Notes under the pieces: generated by a model | Told to the model about the DNA's origin: nothing | What the model saw: the letters and a program-made list of their open reading frames with translations, nothing else | Databases searched by the model: none | In this document: piece after piece, positions 27,201-39,059 of the stretch | Layout: each line of letters opens with the position of its first letter | Numbering within the stretch: the first letter of the stretch is position 1 | Source: Narcine bancroftii | Taxonomy: Eukaryota | Length of the DNA: 64,000 bases | Direction: 5' to 3' | Assembly: GCF_036971445.1 (NCBI RefSeq) | Contig: NC_091481.1 | Coordinates: 11,160,001-11,224,000 of the forward strand | Translations under genes and position numbers: made by a program

Positions 27201-30200
27201 CATGCCAATACAGTTTGATTAGCCATGAGAGAAAGGCCGTGCCAAAATGATCTTGAAACAATTTCAAGTTAACATTTGCACAAGCATTCAGTGCACACAG
27301 ACTTCTGTCACAGGAAAAAATTTGCACACATTTGTGCACTGACTACTAAAACTTCGAGGGAACATTGTTTGTGGGGCGTTTGAGGAGATTTGGTATGTCA
27401 CTTAAGACTCTCAAAAACTTTTAGAAGTGCACCATGGAGAGTTGGTAGAATCTCTGGTACGGAGATGCCAATGCGCAGGACAAGAAGAAACTCCAGAGGG
27501 TTGTTAACTTGGCCTGTGATATTATGGGCATCAGGCTTCACTCCCTCAAGGACATCTTAAAAAAGCAGTCTCTATCCTCAAGAACCACCACCATCTAGGC
27601 CATACCCTCTTCACTCTGCTTCCATCAGGAAGACAAACACTCAGCCATAAAAGGACAGCTTTTTTCATGCTGCCATCAGATTTTTGAATAATCAAAGACA
27701 ATGTTTAACTTTAATTTTTCGTGCAGTATTTTTTGTTTATTTTTGTAAGGTGGTTTATATGAATGTTTGTGCTGTGATGCTGCCACAAAAGAGTATTTGC
27801 TTATGACAATGAATTCTGATTCGAGAGAGAGAGAGATTTGCACATTACTGTACCGTGTTAATGGAACCTGCTCCACACACAAATTAACGAAAGGTCTCAG
27901 TTGGTGAAGGGCATATTCATACTGTAACAAAGAACAGAACATTATTCTCAGTACCCAGACTGATACAGACACAAACCTGAATTACTTAGAAGAATAAAGA
28001 TGCTTCAAATTTTTCTACTGGGATGATAATGGAGCAAGTTATTTAACTGTGTCCCCTAATTGTAATCTTATTCAATGTTCGGTGGCACGGTTTGTGCAAC
28101 GTTATTTTAGCGTCACTGACTAGGGCTTGAATCCGCTGGTCTGTATGGAGTTATACGACTTCGTGGATTTCCTCCAAGGGTTCTTGTTTCCTCCCATGTG
28201 TAGTTGGTATGTTAATTGGTCACGTGTGTAATTGGGCAGTATGGGCTCATGGGCCAGGAGGGCCTGTGACCGTATCTCCAAGTTATAATTACAAGGTACA
28301 GATGGGGAGGCACGGTCTCAAAGCTCCATTGATCCAGGTTCAGTCCTTACAGTGGCTGTTGTCAGTGTGGAGTTTGCACTTTCTCCCTACGACTGCAATG
28401 AGTTTTCTCCTCCCACATCCCAAGGTTATGTGGGTGGGTAAGTTAATTGGCCACTGCATGTTGGGTGAGTGACAGTTTTGGAAGAATTGATGATAAAGTG
28501 GAGAGAATAAAAAATGGGATTAATGTGTGCATGTTGGAAGTGGCTGGTTAGTGATCAATGCAGACTTAATGTGCTGGAGGATCTGCTTCTGCGGACACTC
28601 AGGGTGACTAGGAGAATATTCTGGTATTTCATGTTTTGCGTGCTCTCCCTGCATCAGATGAAGGACACACAAACTCCAAATGGACAACACTCAAGGTTCA
28701 GATTGAATCTGGGACACTGGAACTTTGGGACAGTATCTCGACTTGTTGCACCACTGTGTCATTCCTGTTAGCACTGGTTACTCATGTGGCCACTAATTTA
28801 AGTACCAAGGTACTAAATGCTGTCCTAAGGTGTTCTCTCTGTACTATGTACAGCAGCAGCATGTTACCATCTGGCCTCTGGCACTATTCATCCAGGATAT
28901 TACCCCTCAACTCAATTAAACAATCGGTCTCCTGGCTGGACTCAAGTCTTCCAGCTGCTATAACCTTGACCTCATCTAAAGCCATGGTAGCCAAGAACTG
29001 ACCCACAACACTATCACCTGTGCTCAACATCTTATCTTGCTTCCAATGATGTAAGCCCCTCCATGGCCCTCTCCCTGTGTGTAACCTCCTCTAGTCCTAT
29101 ATCCCTCTCTAACCCTGCAACTTCTTCGATCTCTCTCTGCTCCTCTAAATCTAGCAGCTTGTACATGTTTGACTTCTCCTGCACCATCATCTGTTGCCAC
29201 ACCTTCTACTGCCTCAGTCTCCAGCTCTGGAACTTGCTCCTGAACCTTTATATGCTTTTCCCTCTCCCTGCGCACCCCCAAACTCTATGCTAACTCTTTG
29301 ATCTCATTTTTAATTACTTGCCAAAATATCTACCTCTATGGCCCCAGGTTAATCCTCATTTGACAATGGTCCAAAGGACACATGGTGGGATCTTTCTCTG
29401 CACCAGGTAAATTGGACACAGGCATACCTCTGGCTTGTGCCAGTCGAAGCAATGGATTCGAAAATACTCCACTGCAGCACGGTAGTTTTCCCTGTTTGTA
29501 AGGTGCTGCTTGGTGGTGAGCACACGATTGGCCTGTTCCTTGGAGTCCGTGGCCAGAGTAACGATCCGTTCCACTGTCTGTTGGATCAGTTCTCTAACCT
29601 ATAACACAACAGATCTGATGGTTACTCTTGGACTCCCAAAAAGGAAAGACATCCAGCGAGAGGAAGGATATCACAAAGCTGGAAAGGGGTCAGAAAAGAT
29701 TCACAAGGATATTACTGGGCCGAGTGTTGGGGGTGGTGGGTGAGGAGCGGTGGCTTGCAATACAAGGAAGAACTGGAGAGTCTGGGATATTCTCCCTGGA
29801 GGACAGATTTCTGAGGGGTGACTTTTTGTAATCTAAATTAAATTTAGAAGTATGACAATTACAGGCCCTTCTGGCCCATGAGCCCACACTGCCCAAATAC
29901 CTCAATTAACCTACAACCCCTGTACATTTTTGAAGGGTGTGAGTGTCTGGAAGAAACCCACACAAACACGGGGAGAACGTACACACTCCTTACAGACAGT
30001 GCAGGGCTGAACCCCTGATGCTGGCGCTGTAACAGCATTCCACTAACCACTTCACTGACCGTGTCACCACTCATAATTTTGTAAATCTGCACCTGCGGCG
30101 GATCCACCCAGGCCCACTCCCAAGGCTTCAGTGTTGACCGCAGAGTCCCTCCTACTCATCTCAGCATAGCCCGACGTGGGCTACCCTCTTCCTGCCAATG

Positions 30201-33200
30201 ACTGCAGGTATGGGCCTGACACTCCACCCCAGCCCCATCCATTTTCAGAGCTAGTTGATCTCGGTATTACCTGTAGAAGCATGGAAGATAATGAGGTGAC
30301 AAAGTAACAGAGTCTAAAACTAAAGGCATAGATTTCAGGACAGAGGGAAAAGATTTAAAAGGGATAACCTTTTCCACACAGAGGATGGTGAGTTTATGCT
30401 AGAGGAAGAGATAGAGGCAGTTACCATAACAACATTTAAAATAGAGGTAGCGATGGAAAAGATTTAGACCAGTGGTTCTCAACCTTTCCACCCCCCCCCC
30501 CACCACTCCCCCTCACATACCATTTTAAGCAATCCCTTACTAACTACAGAGCACCTATGGCATAGGATGTAATAGGTGCTCTGTGGTTAGTAAGGGATTA
30601 CGAGGTGGTATGTGAGTGAAAACAAAAAGGTAGAGAACCACTGGTTTAGAGGGATATGGGTTAAATGCAGGTAAATGGGAATAGCTCAGGTAAACAACTT
30701 GGCTGGCATGGGCAAGTTGGGCCAAAGGGCCTGATTCCGCGCAGTATGACTGGCGAAACAATGAAGGATTCCCTGGAGCACGAGTTCCGCTGAACAGCAC
30801 CACTTCCATCAACCTGTGTGTGCGATGCCATCCATGGAAAGTGAGTGCAGCTGCCTGTCCCATCAGCCAACAGTCTTCTTTTTCAACCCTTTTATTAACA
30901 TTTCATAATATACACAGCATAAGGAGAATAGAAATAACACAATTAAAATGGTGCATCCAAGTCTACCCAGTATAAGTATCATATATAAATTCCAAAGAGT
31001 GAAAATGTGACATATTAGAAATAATTCTCCAAACAAAGAAAACAGAGATAAATAAATATTTCTTCTTTCTTTGGCTTGGCTTCGCGGACGAAGATTTATG
31101 GAGGGGGTAAAAAGTCCACGTCAGCTGCAGGCTCGTTTGTGGCTGACCAGTCCGATGCGGGACAGGCAGACACGATTGCAGCGGTTGCAAGGGAAAATTG
31201 GTTGGTTGGGGTTGGGTGTTGGGTTTTTCTAAAAAAGCCCCAACTAATCTACTAAAATCAAGAAAAGAAAACAAACAACTGAGTGGCCTCTCCCAAGGAT
31301 CTGTCGAATAGTTTCAAACAGAGCTCTGGTCCACAGCTACAGATAACAAAAATGGCAAGAATTATATGACATCTGGAAAGGAAGAATTAATTCATAGAAT
31401 AATGCCAGTTAAATCTCATGAAAGTCATCAATAAATGGTTTTCATGTTTCTTCAAATTTAGTCGTTGTACCTAAAGTTTGACTTCTGATTTTATTTCGAG
31501 CTTTAAGAAAAACATAACTCAAGAAAGCCATTGAAATAATGTCGGAGAATTAGTCTTTCCATTAAAGTAAAATGGCTCTTCCAGTTCTTCTTTGGCTTGG
31601 CTTCGCGGACGAAGATTTATGGAGGGGGTAAATGTCCACGTCAGCTGCAGGCTCGTTGGTGGCTGATAATTCCGATGCGGGACAGGCAGACACGGTTGCA
31701 GCGGAAAATTGGTTGGTTGGGGTTGGGTGTTGGGTTTTTCCTCCTTTGCCTTTTGTCAGTGAGGTGGGCTCTGCGGTCTTCCTCAAAGGAGGTTGCTGCC
31801 CCCCGAACTGTGAGGCACCAAGATGCACGGTTTGAGGCGATATCAGCCCACTGGCGGTGGTCAATGTGGCAGGCACCAAGAGATTTCTTTAGGCAGTCCT
31901 TGTACCTTTTCTTTGGTGCACCTCTGTCACGGTGGCCAGTGGAGAGCTCGCCATATAACACGATCTTGGGAAGGCGACGGTCCTCCATTCTGGAGACGTG
32001 ACCCACCCAGCGCAGCTGGATCTTCAGCAGCGTGGACTCGATGCTGTCGACCTCTGCCATCTTGAGTACTTCGACGTTAGGGATGAAAGCGCTCCAATGA
32101 ATGTTTTTTTTTTTTAATTTTTTTATTTTTCACACCATAAATCACATTAGCCATGATATACACTATTTCTTTTCACACATATACAGTGACTTTTTCTCCC
32201 CCCCCCCCTTTCCTCCCAAACCACCCCCCCACCCCCGCCTCTCATCCATTTTAGGTATACAATCTAGGTTGCATTAAGCCAGTCAGACAATGTTGTCATT
32301 CAACAAAATTACACCAGAAATTCTACTGAGTCCATTCTTTTCTTTCCTTCTCCTTCCATCAACTTAGGTAATGTTTGTCCCCGGTAGGTTTTCGCTATTG
32401 TATTTAATGTAAGGCTCCTATACTTGTTCGAATATTTCAATATTATTTCTTAACCAATATGTTATTTTTTCTAATGGAATACATTTATTCATTTAAATTT
32501 GGTAGTTTCTTCCTTTTAATTTGGTTATGTATTCCATTAATATTTAAAGACATATAGTTCAGCGTAGCCCTTTTATATTTTGTTTATCTTCTCTTTCCGT
32601 TTTTCCATCATTACCTTTCCTCCTTTTCCATTTCTGTTTTCTTATTTTCAACTCTTTATAAGACAACATTCCTACAACATCTAACATTTTCCTTATTCTC
32701 CTATTTCTATCTTATTTATCCCCAATCTCCCCTTCACCTCCTGAGTTGTCCTTTATCCCTTGTCGGACAACCACATCTCCCCTCTCCATTTGGATTTGCG
32801 AATCCACTCGCAAGCGTCAACTGATTGTGCAGTGACCGCTATTTCCCCCCACCCCGCCTCCCCCAGAAAAGATTTCACTTTTCATATGTCACAAAGGTCC
32901 CTCTTTTAATTCCCTCCTTATTCTCTCTATTCCATTACCTTCCCTTATTAATTCTTGTCTATACTATCTATATTTTCCTCTAAGTACAGATACATTCATG
33001 TATGCTCATTGTCTCTATTCACTCTTATACCTCTTTACCTGCATACATATCAATCGTGATCATTTTTACTCTCATTACCCGTCTTCATCCCTCAGTTTAT
33101 TTTTGTCTTTACCCACATACATATCAGTCGTGATCATTTTAACTCTCATTACCCGTCTTCCTCCCTCAGTCTATTTTTGTAATTGTTCTGCAAATTTTCG

Positions 33201-35934
33201 TGCTTCTTCTGGATCCGAGAATAGTCTGTTTTGTTGTCCTGGAATAAATATTTTCAATACCGCTGGATGCTTTAGTATAAATTTATACCCTTTCTTCCAT
33301 AAAATCGCCTTTGCTGTATTGAACTCTTTTCTCTTCTTTAGGAGTTCAAAACTTATATCTGGATAAATGAAGATTTTTTGCCCTTTATACTCCAGTGGTT
33401 TGTTGCCCTCTCTTACTTTTTCCACTGTCTTCTCCAGTACCTTTTCTCTTGTAGTATATCTTAGGAATTTTACTACAATAGATCTTGGTTTTTGTTGTGG
33501 TTGTGGTTTAGAGGCCAATACTCTATGTGCCCTTTCTATTTCCATTTCATGCTGTAGTTCTGGACATCCTAGGGTCTTAGGGATCCACTCTTTTATAAAC
33601 TCCCTCATATTCTTGCCTTCTTCATCTTCCTTAAGGCCCACTATCTTTATGTTATTTCTTCTGTTATGGTTTTCCATTGTATCTATTTTTTGAGCTAGTA
33701 GTTCTTGTGTCTCTTTAGTTTTTTTATTAGATTTCTCCAATTTCTTTTTTAAGTCTTCTACCTCCATTTCTGCTGCTACTGCCCGCTCTTCCATCTTGTC
33801 CATTTTTTTTCCCATTTCTGTTAAGGTCATCTCCATTTTAATTATCTTCTCCTCTGTGTTGTTTATTCTTTTTCTTAAATCCTTAAATTCCTGTGTTTGC
33901 CATTCTTTAAATGACTCCATGTATCCTTTAATAAGAGCAAGTATATCCTTTACCTTGCCTATCTTTTCTTCTTCTATTTCACCATACTCTTCCTCTTCCT
34001 CTTCTTCTTCCTCTGGGTTGACCATCTGTTGTTTCTTTGTTGCCCTTTCCTCCTCTTCTATCTTGTTTCTATTGTCTTCTGTGGTCTCTTCTTGCTGCAG
34101 GTGTTCTGCAGCTGTCGTTGCCGGCTGTGGAGATCGACTCCCCAGCTGGTCCCCCCTCCCGTCGGTGTGTTTTTTTTCATGCGCATGCGCGGTTGCGCAC
34201 TTTTGCTCGGCTCTGCGAGCCATTTTTGTAGTCCATTATTTACCGACCTGAGGGAGCGGGTTTCTCTCTCCGCAGCGGGCCTCTTCGGACAGGTAAGGCC
34301 TTCACCTTTTTCCTCCTTTGTCTTCTCTTCCTCTCTTCTTACCGTTGCTTTCGACTTTTCTTTTTTTGTCGCCATCTTCTTTCCACCTTTATACTCACTT
34401 TTCTGTAACTTTTATTTCTGTGCCTTTGTGTTTTCTCTTGTTTTTCCCGACTTTTCTGGAGAGGGCTGGAGTTCACCGTCCGGCCACTACTCCATCGCGT
34501 GACTCCTCGAGCCCAATGAATGTTGAGGATGGAGCGGAGACAACGCTGGTGGAAGCGTTCTAGGAGCCGTAGGTGATGCCGGTAGAGGACCCATGATTCA
34601 GAGCTGAACAGGAGTGTGGGTATGACAACGGCTCTGTATACGTTTATCTTTGTGAGGTTTTTCAGTTGGTTGTTTTTCCAGACTCTTTTGTGTAGTCTTC
34701 CAAAGGCGCTATTTGCCTTGGCGAGTCTGTTGTCTATCTCGTTGTCGATCCTTGCATCTGATGAAATGGTGCAGCCGAGATAGGTAAACTGGTTGACCGT
34801 TTTGAGTTTTGTGTGCCCGATGGAGATGTGGGGGGGCTGGTAGTCATGGTGGGGAGCTGGCTGATGGAGTACCTCCGTTTTCTTCAGGCTGACTTCCAGG
34901 CCAAACATTTTGGCAGTTTCCATAAAACAGGATGCCATGCGCTGGAGAGCTGGCTCTGAATGGGCAACTAAAGCGGCATCATCTGCAAAGAGTAGTTCAC
35001 GGACAAGTTGCTCTTGTGTCTTGGTGTGAGCTTGCAGGCGCCTCAGATTGAAGAGACTGCCATCCGTGCGGTACCGGATGTAAACAGCGTCTTCCTTGTT
35101 GAGGTCTTTCATGGCTTGGTTCAGCATCATGCTGAAGAAGATTGAAAAGAGGGTTGGTGCGAGAACACAGCCTTGCTTCACGCCATTGTTAATGGAGAAG
35201 GGTTCAGAGAGTTCATTGCTGTATCTGACGATTAACTGTATCTTCCAGTTAATCGTGTAGAAAAAGCAATAACTCGATATGCAAAAGTAGGTAAACAACC
35301 AAAATCTGTAATTCCAAAAAGAGCAGTTAAGGGTTAGGTTGTAATTGAATAACCAGTATAAGAATTTTAAAAATATCTTTCCAAAATTTTTCTAACACAG
35401 AACATGACCAAACATATGAGTCAATGAAAGTCACATCAGTATTGCATCTATCACAAGTAGAGCTCATATAAGGAAAGATGCAAGCTGATTTATCTTTAGA
35501 CATACAAGCTCTATGAACTATTTAAAACCGTATTAAAGAATGACATGCGCAAAGTGAAGAAGTATTAACTAATCTAGTAATTCTTCCCCATGTTTCAGGA
35601 GATAATGTCAATTCCAGTTCCCATGTTTGTCAAATCTTATCCATGAGAACTGATCTCAAATTTAATATAAAAGTATAAATAGTACCAATTAAACCCTTCT
35701 AAAACCCTCTATCTCTTAAATAGACATTACCGTAACCAACAGTCTCCTTGTCATAAGTGAGGAAGCTGTTGTGGAACTTCAGTTGGGGAAACAAGTCAGC
35801 ACTGTTACCTCAAGGAGGCGGTCCAGGTCTTTCTGAAGCTTTTCCCTTTCCTCTGGATCCTGAGTAGCTTTGATCCTCTTCTGAAGACAAGCAACAGGTA
35901 CATCACACTGTGCCACTGCCTCCATTCCTGCCAT
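24285..35934 (-). CDS. Stand-alone legumain pro-domain protein (activation-peptide end + LSAM), 136 aa: join(35934-35809,29598-29428,27921-27854,24330-24285)
   Basis: [136 protein letters not shown]. It aligns without gaps to the legumain C-terminus as recalled (DVP..., HCFNWH, YEYAL, VNLC). Introns are GT-AG with phases 0,0,2 and no stops. The start codon is inferred (ATG 35934 or 35925). Confidence 0.82.
24598..24805. mobile_element. Tc1/mariner (Tigger-like) MITE; related copy at ~44916-45143
   Basis: TA-CAGT...ACTG-TA ends and a shared internal block (GCCAATTTTAAAC..TTGCC/TTGCTGGTTGCTT..TTGAATT). Confidence 0.5.
26455..27820 (+). mobile_element. Rex1/Babar-like LINE interrupted by a hAT MITE (27021-27367)
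   Basis: [24 protein letters not shown]. The MITE has TIRs CACTGTTCCCTC/GAGGGAACATTG and 8-bp flanks tttgtgag/tttgtggg. Confidence 0.8.
28078..28600 (+). mobile_element. tRNA-derived (V-SINE/HE1-like) SINEs; others at ~29850-30065 (-), 38610-38830 (-), 40330-40610 and 43210-43290
   Basis: GGTGGCACGG..GGTTCAA/GAATCC heads and TGTGTGGAGTTTGCA..GGTTTCCTCC cores. Confidence 0.6.
31587..35240 (-). mobile_element. RTE-clade LINE (5'-truncated), split by an L1-derived insertion; a second short RTE 3' end lies at ~31062-31229
   Basis: [42 protein letters not shown]-terminal CxxC knuckle, (GAA)n tail. 10-bp TSD TCTTCCAGTT at 31577-31586 and 35241-35250, inside an older L1/Tx1 3' fragment (~30890-35760). 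Confidence 0.9.
32106..34512 (-). mobile_element. ORF1-only (HAL1-like) L1/Tx1 derivative with intact 350-aa ORF1 (33171-34223)
   Basis: L1 ORF1p motifs (coiled coil, [34 protein letters not shown]), poly(A) at ~32104-32130, 12-bp TSD CCAATGAATGTT at 32094-32105 and 34513-34524. Confidence 0.9.
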
Positions 35935-37199
35935 CCACTGCTGGATTTGCCTGTGTCTGCAGCAGGGACCAACGTAAGAAGACATACTTCAGACAATGAC
36001 AAATGTAAGCTCTCCTGAGGGAGAAGATCAGAGGGTCTGAGCAACAGGATAGGGATGGCCTACTATCAGGAAACGCAGAGTTCAAGATTAGAAAAGGAGT
36101 GGGAAATCTATAGCTGAGGGGCTTTTCCAGTTCGTCTGATGCATATGCTTTCATGACTCCAAGTACTGGACCATTTTGTGAAGTATTGTAATATTGGGAA
36201 CGTAGCAGTAAATTTGCTCACTGGACAATAATTTTTTTTCCAAAAGGTTTACCTCCTGAAAAAAAAATTAGGGATTATGATAGACAAATTCAAGATGAAC
36301 ACAAAGATAATTTCAGATTTGCTGTGTCACGTAGGAAGTTGGAGAAACGTTAATTTAACTTTTATTGAATTTAGCATATTTAATTGCATTATGATGCCGA
36401 CACATTACGTTAGTTCAAATGACCTAAAAATGTTTTGCCGCTAATATTTATTTGTACTCAGCATCTGATCCCTCTCATGTCAGTGTCCAACAATAGTCAG
36501 CCAGCACTGGTACCAGTTGCCCTGGTACCACTTTTTCATGTTGTCAAGGTCCTGATGAAACCTTTCACCATGTTCGTCACTTACTGCACCAAGATCAGCA
36601 GGGAAGATGTCCCAGCGCGAATGCAGAAAATGAATTTTTAATGACATGTTGCACTTCATGGTTTGTATGCTTGAAGCATGTTAAAAATGACATAAAATCA
36701 CAAAAGCAGGTTATATTTTAAAAAAATGGTATGTGATAGGAAAATGTTAAGGTGATTTTTGTGATCAGCCAAAAATCCATAAATACACCCAAAAGTGTTC
36801 AGGAGGCAAAATCTTCATAGTCCAGGGTATTCACTCAGTATAACAATGTGCAGAAGATGAACATAATGCTTGACATTCATCTGCAAAGATCTGATCTGTA
36901 TGGATCACGTTCACAACATACAAGAAGGAGATGGGCATGACCAACTCCAACAAGAGTTTAACCATCTCCTCTTAAAATTCAACAGCATTATTATCATCTA
37001 CACTGGAGACACTGGATACAGACTGGGAGATCGCTTTGTTGAGCTCCTCAGCTCTGTCCACCATAATCACATGGATCTCCCAGTGGCCAACCATTTCAAT
37101 TCCCCATCCCATTCCTCGGCTGATAGTCCATGGTCTCATGCACTGTTGGACAGAGAACCAGCCGTTCACAATGTTCATCGCCACCACACAGAAGGTGAC

Positions 37200-37900
37200 C
37201 ATGACAGAAAGCCCACGGGCAAAGGACGTCGGAACACAGAGGGGTTTCCAAAATGATCACGCGGATGCAAACTCGCTCCGTGACTCCACCGCCCGCCCCG
37301 CCGGAATCTGCCAGCGTGGCTCCACTCTCCTTCTCCTGTCCATCCCAGCGGGCTCCCTTCCCCAATCCCCCGAATGGTCCCGAAGAACCCACTTTCCACG
37401 CCATTAACTTAATAGGGGGGGGGGGGGGGGAAATGAAACTCACCGCGGCTCCGCGCACACCCCGCCCTTCCTGGATCCAGAGACGACCTGCCCGCATCAC
37501 ATCTCCCTTTTTCCGGGTTCGGCCACAGCCGTCAATCAACCGGTTCGGCCAATGCCGTCAACCGGCCCCGGGTTCGCGCAGTCTGGATTCAACCCACCTC
37601 CTTGATGGTGAGCAACGCGTCCTGTGTCCCCCTGCTGGATTTGGCTGGGGGGGGGGGGTTCACTCCATATTCAAAGCCGGGAACGTTCAGCGGCGAAGAG
37701 AAGGAGGCAGGTCTGCAGACACCGCGGTGGGACGATACACCACGCTGCAGAAACCCAGCCGAGATAAAGAGGCACAGCCGGCGTTTCGCCCTTCAGCCCG
37801 TCATCAGCTCTCTCCTTGCCAGTTCTGAGGCCGCTGACAGACCTTTGTTGTTGCCTCTTGCCTCGCCCGGAGGAGCCTTCTCTCCAGGGCCACGCACCCC
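37200..37900 (-). promoter_or_regulatory. CpG island with a candidate non-coding first exon of the legumain-pro-domain gene (donor CCGCG|gtgagt at 37444/37443)
   Basis: Dense CpG, GC boxes (~37290, ~37461), CCAAT (~37549) and a consensus donor about 1.5 kb upstream of the acceptor at 35956/35950. Confidence 0.55.
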
Positions 37901-39059
37901 ATTTGGAGGGGGACTGAAATCATCGTTCTTTGAATGTTTCTTGTTCATGTGGTGGGTGGAAGAGACCAACTCCCGGCTGCTTCACCAGCAAGGGAGTCCA
38001 GAAACTGCGTGGAGCCCAAAGCCACACTAAAAAGGTCGAGAATGGCTTGTCTGCACGACTCTTCCTTTCTATGATCATTATCTTGGTCTTTGGTGCATTC
38101 GGAGATGTTCCCAAAACTCGGGTTTTCTTGGAATGTGCTTTCTTTGCCAAGCCTTTGCTGTTATGTACGTTTTTCTCCTTGAAGAGATTGTTATCCCCTA
38201 TAAACGACATGTAAATTCTTTTCACGTTAGGCATTGCTTGTTTACCGTCAATCTTTTTCATGTTGTTCTCCAGGTGAACCCATTCCTTGTGGGATTCTGT
38301 TTCATTTATATTAATTTTAAGCTTTAAATAAAGTTAGATCTTTTCGAGCAGAGATTGAAAGGTTTTTGATAAGCCAGGGCTTCAAAGGTCACAGGGAGAA
38401 GGCTGGGCGGTGTGGATCAGCTCATGATTGAACGGTGGGACAGACTCGATGGGCTGAATGGCCTATTTCTGCTCCTTTGATCATTCTTCTCTATTGGCCC
38501 CTTAAAGAGTGGATTATTATTCTTCCTCATTACAGTGTACCAAATCTAAAATTGGGCAGCGCCTGTAAATTTAAATCAATTTTTAAAAATGAGCTTGTTC
38601 CCTGTTTTTAAATTTAGACATACAGTACAGTAAAAGGCCATTTCAGCCCAATTTACACCCCATTAACCTACACCCTGGTATGTTTTGAATGGTGGGAGGA
38701 AACCAGAGTGCCCCCCCCCCCCCCACCGGGAGAAAACACACATAGAGTCAGGGAGAAAGTACAGACAGCACGGCATTCGATCCCCAATCCAGTAGCGATC
38801 ACTGGCACTGAAAAGGCGTGGCACTAACCACCTCAACAAACAGATCCAGAAAACCATTTCTAGTACCCCTCACAAATTTATCCTCCCTTGTATTTTTGCT
38901 AATTTTTATCAAGATCTTGGGTTTTAAAAATGCATGGCTATTTTGGAGATGTGTAAGAGACTGGAAATGCTGGTATCTCGAGCAACATGCATTTTACTGG
39001 AGGACCTCAGTAAGATAAGCAGCATCAGTGGGAGAAAAATAATAATCATTATATTCAGA

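Noticed and set aside
34339-35298. 319-aa ORF as a host gene
   Set aside because: It is RTE reverse transcriptase read through into the 5' UTR of the inserted L1 derivative.
37602-38327. Several 60-140 aa ORFs upstream of the LSAM CpG island, considered as missing legumain exons
   Set aside because: No legumain catalytic motifs, no recognisable domain and no consistent splice sites.
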